From Gemmatimonadota bacterium (GTDB taxonomy: Bacteria > Gemmatimonadota > Gemmatimonadetes > Gemmatimonadales > GWC2-71-9), in contig JBGPEJ010000003.1 of NCBI GenBank assembly GCA_041482775.1, positions 1 through 37,002 of the forward strand: a DNA stretch of 37,002 nt, in the 5' to 3' direction. Positions 29,437 through 37,002 of this stretch are shown here, piece after piece (the first letter of the stretch is position 1; every line of letters starts with the position of its first letter). Made by a program: the position numbers and the translations under genes. Under the pieces are notes generated by a model. It was not told the DNA's origin, ran no database searches, and saw only the letters and a program-made list of their open reading frames with translations.

Positions 29437-32166
29437 TCAGTTGTTGGGCGCCCCCGCCTGGATCCAGGCCTTCACTTTGTTGATGAACGTGGTGCCCAGC
29501 GAGCCCGACGGCGGCATCAGCGAAATCGTCGTGCCCTGGAGTGCACCGAGGAGACGGCCGGTGTTGGGATTTCCTGGAGTCACGTACACCGTCGTCGCCG
29601 TCACCAAGTTCGTATACGCCGCACTCAAGGTGTTGAGCGCGGGCCGCTGCTGTCCCGGCACATGACACCCGCTGGAGAGGCAGTTCGCCTGGAAGATCGG
29701 ATAGATGTCGGTGGCAAATGATACCCCCCCGGAAGCCGGCGACACCGTAAAGGTGACCGAGACGTTTTTCGGTGAGTTCGTGGCGCCGGCGGCGCTGACT
29801 GGAATCATCGCGGTGTAGGTACCGGCTACGATGCTTCCCAGCGTCGGGGTGACCGTAAGGGTGGCCGGCGCGGCCGTGGTGTTGAGCGATGCCGCGGCCC
29901 ATCCGGTGGCGCCGGCTCCGTAGGTCAGCGTTCCCACGGTGAGGCCGGTGAGCGACCCGCCCCCGGCATTGGTCACCGCCACCGTCCTCGCTGCGGGGGA
30001 AGTGCCGCCTGCAGTGGCCGCGAACGTGAGCGTGGCGGGAGAGAGGCCGATTGCCGGGGCCGGCGCGGCGCTGACCGTGAATGTGACCGATACGTTCTGC
30101 GGAGAGTTCGCTGCGCCCGCTGCGCTGACGGCGATCGTGGCGGTATAGGTCCCCGCGGCCAGGCTGCCGAGGCTCGGCGTGACCGTGAGGGTGCTCGGGG
30201 CGGTGGTGACGCTCAGCGAGGCAGCGCACCATCCACTCGCGCCCGCCCCGTAGGAGATCACCCCGACCGTGAGGCCGCTGAGCGTTCCCCCGCCGACATT
30301 GCTGACGCTCGCGGTCTTCGCCGCCGGGGACGCGCCCCCGGCGGTTGCCGAGAAGCTCAGACTGCTCGGTGCGAGGGCGATCGCCGAGGGTGTACCCGCC
30401 GCGCTCACTGTAAAGGTGACCGCGAGGTTCTGTGGGCTGTTGCCCACCCCGGCGGCGCTGACCGGAACCGTCGCGGTGTAGGTACCCGCCGCCAGGCCGG
30501 TCACACTCGGAGTGAGGGTGAGGTTGGCCGGCGCCGTGGAGCCCCCCAGCGCGGCCCCCAGCCAGCCGGCGGCCCCGGCGCCATAACTCACCGGTCCCGC
30601 GGTAAGGCCGGAGAGGGTCCCTCCTCCGGAGTTGGAGACGGTCACCACCTGCGCTGCCGGGGCGCTTCCCCCCGCGGTGGCCGAAAAGAGGGCGCTGCCG
30701 GTCGAGAGGGCGATCGTCGGCGGCAATGCTCCGGCGCTTACCGCGAGCGTGACCGCAATCGATTGTGGACCATTGCTCGCGTCCGGGGAGCTGACCGGGA
30801 GAGTGGCGTTGTAGTTCCCCGCGGCGAGCCCCACGGTCGCGACCGTGAGCGTAAGCGTGGCCGGTGCCGCGGTGGAGGTGAGCGAAGCCTGCAGCCATCC
30901 GCTGGCACCCGCACCATAGATGATCGGTCCGGTGGAGAGACTGCCCAGCGTGCCCCCGCCGGTATTGGATATCGCGATCGTCTTGGCCGCGGGTGGAGCG
31001 GCGCCCGCCTGTCCCGCGAACGCGGCGCTGGTCGGTGAGAGGGCCAGTACGGCGGGGGTTGCCCCTGGGGCCACTACCAGTGTGATCGTCACGCTCTGAG
31101 GACTCGCCGCCGCCCCCGCCGCGCTCACCGGTACCGAGGCGGAGTAGCTCCCCGGGAGCAGGCCGGAGAGTGTCGGCGCGAGGGTCAGCATCGCCGGCGC
31201 GGTGGTCGTGGAGAGCGCCGCCGTGAGCCAGCCGGTGGCGCCCGCCCCGTAGGAAACCTGGCCGACCGCCAGCCCGGTCAAGCTGCCGCCACCTCCGTTG
31301 GTGATGGCAATCGACTGCGCCGCGGGAGGGCTGGCGGCCGAGCCCGAGAAGGAGACCGCCGTGGTCGAGAGCCGGAGTGCAGCCGCCTCCGCTGCCTGCG
31401 TAATGGTCAGCGCCACCCGAACGGTGCGCGGGCTGTTGATGGCGCCCGGGGCCGCGATCGCGACGACCGCGATGTAGGTTCCCAGGGCGAGCCCCGATGG
31501 GTTCGGTGTCAGGGTCAGGTTGGCCGGAGCGGTGGTGCGGTCAAGCGTAGCGGTGAGCCAGCCGCTCGCGCTCGGGTCGTAGGTCACGTCGGTGATCGCG
31601 AGACCGTTGAGCGGCGCGTCGCCTGCCGCGAGGATCTGCACCACCTGGGCAGGGGACGTGCCGCCCGCCACCGCGGAGAACGCCGCGGCCGTCGCCGTCA
31701 TGCCGATGATCGGGCCGACTGCCACCGGATCCACCCGCAGCGTCACCGCCACACTGCGCGGGCTGTTGGTCGCTCCGGTTGCCGAGAGCTTGACCGCCGC
31801 GTAATAGGTCCCTGGGGCAAGGTTCCCCGCCGCCGCCTGAAGCGCCAGCGTGACCGGCGCGGTGGTGCCGGCGAGCGACGCGGTGAGCCAGCCAGAGCTG
31901 TCGTCCAGGTAGTGCACCGAGTCGATCCCCAGGCCGCCAAGGGATCCCGGCCCCGCGTTGCTGATCGCGATCGTCTGCATGGGCGCCAGGGCATGGACCA
32001 GGGCGGCGAAATCGGCGGAAGCGGTCGAGAGGGCAATGACCGGGGGGCCGGCCGGCTCCGGCTCGAGGCCGGCGGTGATCGTCTTCTGATCGCAGGAGCC
32101 GAGCAGCAGGCTCAGGGCGATGACCAGGCCGCCCGCGAACACGCGGGAAATTGCACGACGTCCCAT
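29437..32166 (-). CDS. Lipoprotein with seven ~110-aa Ig/BACON-like repeats and a C-terminal c-type cytochrome domain (CX4CH)
   Basis: Lipobox LLGS-C25. Repeat consensus IALS…F…NxGGGxLxGL…YGAGAxGW…APATLTxT…GTYxA…NSP. C-terminus VSFATDIYPIFQANCLSSGCH…MPP…WIQAGA resembles the planctomycete-type cytochrome c domain. Confidence 0.85.
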   Translation of the reverse strand: MGRRAISRVFAGGLVIALSLLLGSCDQKTITAGLEPEPAGPPVIALSTASADFAALVHALAPMQTIAISNAGPGSLGGLGIDSVHYLDDSSGWLTASLAGTTAPVTLALQAAAGNLAPGTYYAAVKLSATGATNSPRSVAVTLRVDPVAVGPIIGMTATAAAFSAVAGGTSPAQVVQILAAGDAPLNGLAITDVTYDPSASGWLTATLDRTTAPANLTLTPNPSGLALGTYIAVVAIAAPGAINSPRTVRVALTITQAAEAAALRLSTTAVSFSGSAASPPAAQSIAITNGGGGSLTGLAVGQVSYGAGATGWLTAALSTTTAPAMLTLAPTLSGLLPGSYSASVPVSAAGAAASPQSVTITLVVAPGATPAVLALSPTSAAFAGQAGAAPPAAKTIAISNTGGGTLGSLSTGPIIYGAGASGWLQASLTSTAAPATLTLTVATVGLAAGNYNATLPVSSPDASNGPQSIAVTLAVSAGALPPTIALSTGSALFSATAGGSAPAAQVVTVSNSGGGTLSGLTAGPVSYGAGAAGWLGAALGGSTAPANLTLTPSVTGLAAGTYTATVPVSAAGVGNSPQNLAVTFTVSAAGTPSAIALAPSSLSFSATAGGASPAAKTASVSNVGGGTLSGLTVGVISYGAGASGWCAASLSVTTAPSTLTVTPSLGSLAAGTYTATIAVSAAGAANSPQNVSVTFTVSAAPAPAIGLSPATLTFAATAGGTSPAARTVAVTNAGGGSLTGLTVGTLTYGAGATGWAAASLNTTAAPATLTVTPTLGSIVAGTYTAMIPVSAAGATNSPKNVSVTFTVSPASGGVSFATDIYPIFQANCLSSGCHVPGQQRPALNTLSAAYTNLVTATTVYVTPGNPNTGRLLGALQGTTISLMPPSGSLGTTFINKVKAWIQAGAPNN

Positions 32167-32179
32167 GGTACCCCCTGGA

Positions 32180-32995
32180 TCAGTCGTCGACGTTGGGATT
32201 TCCCGGTACGGCGCTGCCGCGAATCCGGAGCGTGCCCGCAGCGGGATCGAGGGTGGTGGTCAACAGGGTGAGGCCGGTCTGGGCGGGGCCCTGCAGGAGC
32301 GTACCGTCCGCGGCAAACTGCGCCCCATGCGCCGGACAGTGCCATCGATTCCCGGTGGGGTCGATGATCGCCTGCTGGTGGGGGCAGGCTAGGCCGTACG
32401 CGGTATAAGCCGACGCTCCGGTGCGGGCCACGCCGATCGGTATCGTGGTGTTCCCATCGACCCGCGCCAACCCACCGACCGCCGCCAGCGCGGGGAAGCT
32501 GGCCAGCTTGATGGTGAGATCGACATTGCCGCCGCCTCCCGACACCACCAGCGTCCCGGCCGCCGCATCGAAGGTGGTCTGTAGCCTGGTGAGTCCGCTG
32601 GTGCGCTGCCCGCCGGTCCACGTCCCCGCGCTGTCCCAGGTCGCGCCATGGTTGGGGCAGCGGAAACCGGCCCCCGCCGGGGCAACCGTGGTTCCGGCAT
32701 GCGGGCAGACCAGCGAGAACACCGCATAGGTCGCGGCGTCCACCCGGACCGCCGCCATCGGGACCGGGGCCCCTCCGATGACCGCCATGCCGCCGACCGA
32801 ACCCAAGACCGGATAGTCGGCGAGTTTGATCGTGAACGCGTCGAGCCCGGCGGTGGTGCCGCTCGGCCCGGTTCCGAAATCAATGCGCCCTCCGCACGCC
32901 GAAGCGAGCAGCGCGCTGACCGCGGCGAGTGTCGAGCTCTGCAGGAAATCCCGGCGGGTGACGCCGCTATCGCACCCCGATTGGCAGTCGCACAT
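32180..32995 (-). CDS. Tat-exported lipoprotein with two tandem Rieske [2Fe-2S] domains
   Basis: TRRDFL Tat motif, LASA-C34 lipobox, CPH-x13-CPNH and CPH-x13-CPAH, and an internal duplication (TIKLADYP / TIKLASFP). Confidence 0.88.
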   Translation of the reverse strand: MCDCQSGCDSGVTRRDFLQSSTLAAVSALLASACGGRIDFGTGPSGTTAGLDAFTIKLADYPVLGSVGGMAVIGGAPVPMAAVRVDAATYAVFSLVCPHAGTTVAPAGAGFRCPNHGATWDSAGTWTGGQRTSGLTRLQTTFDAAAGTLVVSGGGGNVDLTIKLASFPALAAVGGLARVDGNTTIPIGVARTGASAYTAYGLACPHQQAIIDPTGNRWHCPAHGAQFAADGTLLQGPAQTGLTLLTTTLDPAAGTLRIRGSAVPGNPNVDD

Positions 32996-33016
32996 GATGC
33001 ACCTCTTCCGAGCAGA

Positions 33017-33529
33017 TCAGAGCTTGACAGAGGCGGCGGCCCAGGCGGCCGGGTCCTTGTCGCTCTCGAATACCTTGTCCACGTCCACGAACAGGAGCTT
33101 TCCGTCGGTCCGGATCGGCAGCCGGTCCATATTCCGGGTCGCTCGGCCGGTGATGAAGGTCCCGTCGGGCTGGTATCGGGACTTGTGTTTGGGACACTGA
33201 AAGGTCGATTCCTCGTCCAGCCACTTGAGCGCGGTGTTCTGGTGCGGGCAGGAGAGCGCGAAGGCATACGCCGCGCCCTTGAATCGCACTACGATGACCT
33301 GGTTGTCCTTGTCGATCGTGGCGCCGTCGGTGGCGGGGATCGGATAGCTCATCTCGGCGCTGTTCGCGACCCGGAGTCCGGTGGCGTGCCGGATGGCCAT
33401 CGCGGCCGCCTTGGACGGCGAGAGCCCGAGCCCCACCAGAAGGCCGGCGGCGATCCCGGCGGCCTCCCGGAGAAACTCACGGCGGTCCGCGTGCTGGCCG
33501 CATCCGGTGCAGGGAGAATCGGGTGTCAC
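33017..33529 (-). CDS. Tat-exported single Rieske [2Fe-2S] protein
   Basis: GTG 33529 with GAGGAG RBS, DRREFL Tat motif, CPH-x15-CPKH. This is the C-terminal part of the 33017-34306 ORF. Confidence 0.88.
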   Translation of the reverse strand: MTPDSPCTGCGQHADRREFLREAAGIAAGLLVGLGLSPSKAAAMAIRHATGLRVANSAEMSYPIPATDGATIDKDNQVIVVRFKGAAYAFALSCPHQNTALKWLDEESTFQCPKHKSRYQPDGTFITGRATRNMDRLPIRTDGKLLFVDVDKVFESDKDPAAWAAASVKL

Positions 33530-33555
33530 GCGATTCGACTCCTCGGTGGAAATGT

Positions 33556-34203
33556 TCACTTGAAAAACAGCATCATCCCCCAGCTGGTGATCGACACGCC
33601 CATCGAGGCGAGCGCGATGTTCCGGTGCTGGATCCGCTTTTGCTGGGAGGTCCTCGCGTCCCGCGCGAGGGTGATCCCGGAATAGGCGAACCCCGCGTCG
33701 GCGGCCATGAACAGCAGGGAATGGATGTATCGCTTGGCCCGCCCCGCCGGGTCTTTCCGGGCGTCCCAGAGATTCCAGAGCCCGGTGATCGTGTTCGCAG
33801 TGAACACCACCGCGGTGGCCGTGGCCAGCGGCCGGTGCCAGTTGATTGCCCACTTGGGCGCGTCGGTCGAGTACTTGAGAACCTGATCCCCGGTGATGTA
33901 GCTCCCCACGAACAGCGGGATCATTGTGAAGCTGAGCCACCGGTGGAGGGTGAGGCGCGCGTGATAGAACCCGCTGTACTCCACCGCCTTGGTGCGTCTC
34001 CGGGTGCGCGCCGTGTCCTCGCGGCCGGCCGCACCCGACTCGGCGATCTCCCGCCAGTTGAGTCCGCCGCTCCCCACCAGCGGAGCCGCCGGGCTGGTAT
34101 ACCCGCTCGAGGGCATCGAGTCCGCGCCGGAAGCCGGGTCGGCGCTCGGCGCGGCGGCGAGGGACGGAATCAATTGGGCGATCAGGGTGAGGGCGGTTTG
34201 CAT
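33556..34203 (-). CDS. Four-helix membrane protein with four His, putative di-heme cytochrome b (b561-like)
   Basis: Four hydrophobic segments, each preceded by His: LHRW, WHRP, IHSL, QHRN. All four are conserved in the paralogue at 35065-35712. Confidence 0.65.
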   Translation of the reverse strand: MQTALTLIAQLIPSLAAAPSADPASGADSMPSSGYTSPAAPLVGSGGLNWREIAESGAAGREDTARTRRRTKAVEYSGFYHARLTLHRWLSFTMIPLFVGSYITGDQVLKYSTDAPKWAINWHRPLATATAVVFTANTITGLWNLWDARKDPAGRAKRYIHSLLFMAADAGFAYSGITLARDARTSQQKRIQHRNIALASMGVSITSWGMMLFFK

Positions 34204-34218
34204 CGGCGGCTGCCCCCG

Positions 34219-34716
34219 TCAGATCGCAAGGAGGGCGGTGCCGAGGAGCACCGAGCCGAACCAGAGTCCAAGGCTCGCCCAGGCCGTCTGTTTGAGTCGC
34301 CGCCAACCCGCCCCGGGCTCCCCGGTGCCCCGCCGCAGGGCCGTCTCGGCCCGCTGCAGCATCGCCCCGTTGGCGAGCAGGAGCGCGACGACTCCCATTT
34401 TGACCCAGAAGAGCGGCGCCGGAAGGAACGTTTTTAGGTCAGCGGCCAGCAGGAGAAAACCGCTCAGAAAGGTCAGCGTCAGGCCCGCCAGCACCGGCCG
34501 GTGGATCGCGTGGAGCTCGGCGAGGTGCGCCCGCTGCGTTGATGGATCGCCCGGCGCCCGGCGCAGAGTCATCCGGTCCGCCGCGATGGCGAAACCGCCG
34601 CCCAGCAGGAGACCGCCCAGGTGGGTGAAGGTGACTGCAGTGGAAACCAGCTTGGAATCCGCATATAGCCGGGCCCAGGGCGCCGCGAGCTGGGTGGCTA
34701 GGGAGACGACGGACAT
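34219..34716 (-). CDS. 4-TM membrane protein (DUF2214/DUF6644/CopD-like)
   Basis: THLGG…D in TM1, His before TM2, SGFLL, FWVKM motif, C-terminal SLGLW. Confidence 0.7.
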   Translation of the reverse strand: MSVVSLATQLAAPWARLYADSKLVSTAVTFTHLGGLLLGGGFAIAADRMTLRRAPGDPSTQRAHLAELHAIHRPVLAGLTLTFLSGFLLLAADLKTFLPAPLFWVKMGVVALLLANGAMLQRAETALRRGTGEPGAGWRRLKQTAWASLGLWFGSVLLGTALLAI

Positions 34717-34781
34717 TGAATTCTGCCTCAGCGTTGGCGCGGCGCGAGGGCCGCGATCCGGAGGGGTGGACTCGTTGAGTC

Positions 34782-34797
34782 AGCACGAGAGGTGCCA
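34782..34797 (-). promoter_or_regulatory. Sigma54 (-24/-12) promoter of the redox operon
   Basis: Minus strand TGGCAC-CTCTC-GTGCT with exact GG-N10-GC spacing, about 65 nt upstream of ATG 34716. Confidence 0.7.
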
Positions 34798-34947
34798 CTC
34801 GGAGTCACAATGCGCGTTGTTGCAGTAGAGCTGGACCACCTCGGGGGCTGGCGCCTCATGATTTGGCTCCAGCTACCGCTATCGTCATCTCTCTGGGACG
34901 CGAGAGGTTGCATGGGCTTGCACACCCGGGCACAACGTGAATGACGG

Positions 34948-35036
34948 GTTCATGAACTCTAGCGTGAAGCGCGGGGCAAGTTCGCGCTGCCCGTCCGTCG
35001 TATTCCGACCGGCTTCGCAGATTTCCGTTCATGAAC
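34948..35036. promoter_or_regulatory. Pair of identical palindromes GTTCATGAAC (candidate activator sites)
   Basis: GTTCATGAAC at 34948-34957 and 35027-35036, 150-240 bp upstream of the sigma54 site. Confidence 0.5.
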
Positions 35037-35064
35037 CGAGCCTCCACCGCGACCGGCGTGGCCC

Positions 35065-35712
35065 TCAATGGGTCAATAGCATCACGCTCCACCCCACGAT
35101 CGACAGGCTCATCGAGGCGAGGGCCACCGTCCGGTGGAAGTGATTTGGATCAGTCCTGGCCTTGGCGTCCTTGGCGAGCGTGATGCCCGCGTACGTAAAT
35201 CCGGCATCCGCCGCCATGAAGAGGATCGAATGCAGGTAGCGCCGCACCCGCCCCGCGGGATTGCGCTGGCTCGCCCGGAGATTCCAGATCCCCGTGATGG
35301 TGTTGGTCGCAAACACTGCACCGGTGGCGATGGCGAAGGGGGGGTGCAGACTCTTCGCCCATCGCGGCGGAGCATACGGCTCGTTGAGGAGCTTTTCTCC
35401 GGTCACGTACGACCCGATGAACAGAGGAATCATCGTGAAGCTGAGCCAGCGGTGGATCTTCAGCCGACCTCGATAGGCGCTCCCGTAGTCGAAGGCCTTG
35501 GCGCGGGCCGGTCGGCGGGTCGTGTCGGGCACTTCCACCGGAGACGCCGTCCGCTCCCGGAGCGCGGCCCAGTCGATGCCGCCGGGCCCGACCAGGGCAC
35601 CCCCCGCGGTCCGGACGATCGCCGGCGCCGTTCCCGCAGAATCGGGAAGGGGAGCGGCCGGGCTGGCGAGGGCCGGGAGGAGCTGAACGAGAATGGTCAA
35701 CGCGGTGCTCAT
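35065..35712 (-). CDS. Paralogue of the four-His putative cytochrome b membrane protein
   Basis: IHRWLSFTMIPLF, LHPP, LHSILFMAADAGF, FHRT; closely matches 33556-34203. ATG at 35712. Confidence 0.7.
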   Translation of the reverse strand: MSTALTILVQLLPALASPAAPLPDSAGTAPAIVRTAGGALVGPGGIDWAALRERTASPVEVPDTTRRPARAKAFDYGSAYRGRLKIHRWLSFTMIPLFIGSYVTGEKLLNEPYAPPRWAKSLHPPFAIATGAVFATNTITGIWNLRASQRNPAGRVRRYLHSILFMAADAGFTYAGITLAKDAKARTDPNHFHRTVALASMSLSIVGWSVMLLTH

Positions 35713-35726
35713 CGCATCGGCTGAAG

Positions 35727-35742
35727 AGCAGGACAGGTGCCA
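35727..35742 (-). promoter_or_regulatory. Sigma54 (-24/-12) promoter
   Basis: Minus strand TGGCAC-CTGTC-CTGCT, 14/16 identical to the site at 34782-34797, 14 nt upstream of ATG 35712. Confidence 0.7.
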
Positions 35743-35833
35743 GGAATCGATCGAAGCCCGGTCGGCAGCGCGGCGTCCTGTCCAATGGACGGCGGGGTGC
35801 ATTCGGCTGCGCCGCCGGCGGTGCTTCCTCCGC

Positions 35834-36669
35834 TCAGCCGCGCTTCCGGCAGAGCATCAGCTCGGTGCTCGGACTCTCCCGCAGCCGCCTCACCAGGGCT
35901 CGCTCCAGCGGGAACAACGCCGCCCCGAGCAGCCATCCCAGGGGCTCGCCCAGAGTGGCCGGCGCCACCATCGCGGTCCACGCCCAGCGGGCCAGCCGGG
36001 ACGTGGAGTCGGCGGGGTAGTTCATCAGCACGAACATGGGCACCCTCCCGACCACCTCGAACCCGGCGGCCTCCACCAGGCGGATGCTTTCGCTGAGGGG
36101 CCGGCTGGCCTGGTGCGCGACCCGCTCCACCGGATGGCGAAGGAAATTGTCCGACCAGAAGAACCACCCCCCCGGTCGGAGCAGCCCCACGATGTTGTGG
36201 AACGCGCGGGCGTACTGCGCGTCGTCCACGATGTGAAAGAGGACGTCGAATGCGGAGGCGGCGTCGAAGGAGGCTCGGGCGAGGGGGGCGCCGGTCATCT
36301 CCCCGCCGATGTCGGCACGAACGAAGCGCGCCGCCGGGAACCCGCGGGTAAGCTCGGCCACCGCGACGTCGGTGAGATCGAGGCCGGTAACCCGGGCGCC
36401 CAGCCGGAGCCAGCGCTCCACGTAGAGCCGGTCCCCGCGCCCACGTCGAGGACCTCCGCGCCGGCCCAGCTGTTGGCCGTCGAGAAATCACCGGTGGCCC
36501 GGTCAATTCCCGCCACCGCGCGATCGAACACCTCTCCCCGGACCCGGTACATCCACTCGTTGAATCGCCGGCCCAGGCGCAGAAAGCCGACCCCCGCGAG
36601 GGAATAGTGTTCGCGGAGCCTGGATTCCCAGTATTGACGGTTGTCGAACGGAGGGTGCGGAGCCGTCAC
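35834..36669 (-). CDS. Class I SAM-dependent methyltransferase, frameshifted at about 36426
   Basis: ORF 36295-36669 carries VLDVGAGTG and ORF 35834-36421 carries GLDLT, ADIG, FDVLFH, LRPGG. Adding one T restores GTGFYVERW. GTGA overlap with the upstream gene. Confidence 0.85.
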
Positions 36670-37001
36670 CCCATCGCCTCGCGGACTTCACTCGCCGCGG
36701 CGATGGCGTGGTCCACGTCCCGCGAGATGGCGCGGGCCTGCTGGGTGGCCTGGGTAAGGTCGCTGAGCACCGCGCCCACGCCGGAGGACCGGAGCCGGAT
36801 CAGGTCGAACCGCATGTTCTGCATGGCCAGGATGCTCGATTCGAGCCGCGCCGAGATACTGGTGCGCCGCGAGGTGAGCTCGCTTGCCGTCTTGTGCTGC
36901 CGCTCCAGAATCCCGATCTGCCGCTCCCGCTCCGGCCCGTCGGGCTGGGCGGTGAGCATGTCGAGCCGCTGCTTGATCCGCTCCGGCGTGTCCTGACCGA
37001 A
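36666..37001 (-). CDS. 3' end of a coiled-coil protein, possibly the C-terminal tail of a Ser/Thr protein kinase
   Basis: Frame stays open to the window edge (FGQDTPERIKQRLDM…LAMQNMRFDLIRLRSSG…). The kinase link is from recollection of similar tails; no kinase domain is visible here. Confidence 0.55.
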   Translation of the reverse strand, partial: FGQDTPERIKQRLDMLTAQPDGPERERQIGILERQHKTASELTSRRTSISARLESSILAMQNMRFDLIRLRSSGVGAVLSDLTQATQQARAISRDVDHAIAAASEVREAMG

Positions 37002-37002
37002 A

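Noticed and set aside
29740-32045. Nucleotide-level repeats as a mobile element or non-coding repeat
   Set aside because: The ~330-bp periodicity is fully explained by the protein's seven tandem domains.
32180-34203. Canonical cytochrome bc1/b6f (petABC/qcr) operon
   Set aside because: The Rieskes lack the disulfide Cys pair, the membrane proteins are short with no PEWY-type motif, and there is no cytochrome c1.
33530-34306. 429-aa ORF 33017-34306 as one long Rieske fusion
   Set aside because: Its first ~259 codons overlap the better-supported four-His membrane gene in another frame. A GAGGAG RBS and Tat motif place the start at 33529.
34728-35143. Short ORFs in the gap upstream of the redox operon (34728-34925, 34856-35092, 34937-35143)
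   Set aside because: No motifs or RBS, and the region is better explained as a sigma54 promoter/enhancer region.

Overview
GC-rich bacterial chromosomal window. Gene content (PadR/ADOP permeases, fused E1 alpha/beta, small conserved hypotheticals) suggests Gemmatimonadota or a similar lineage; this is inference. Left to right: the 5' end of a divergent FAD oxidoreductase; a methyltransferase-fadI-fadJ beta-oxidation operon (fadJ has a 1-nt frameshift); an M28 peptidase; and a MacAB/ADOP-type ABC exporter operon with a candidate sigma54 promoter, ending in an NtrC-type two-component system. Inside that operon a decayed four-helix-bundle gene sits between inverted 8-mer repeat arrays. Next come proline dehydrogenase, rsgA, a self-regulated PadR-ADOP pair followed by a collapsed ADOP relic, MazG-like and PfpI genes, a YtcJ amidohydrolase, a fused 2-oxoacid dehydrogenase E1 and an OmpR/HK pair. 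The most interesting region is a minus-strand, sigma54-driven redox operon (about 29.4-35.7 kb). It encodes a 4-TM membrane protein, two paralogous four-His cytochrome-b-like proteins, a Tat-exported Rieske protein, a Tat lipoprotein with tandem Rieske domains, and a lipoprotein carrying a CX4CH cytochrome c domain on a stalk of seven Ig/BACON-like repeats. No rRNA, tRNA, CRISPR or transposase was recognised.
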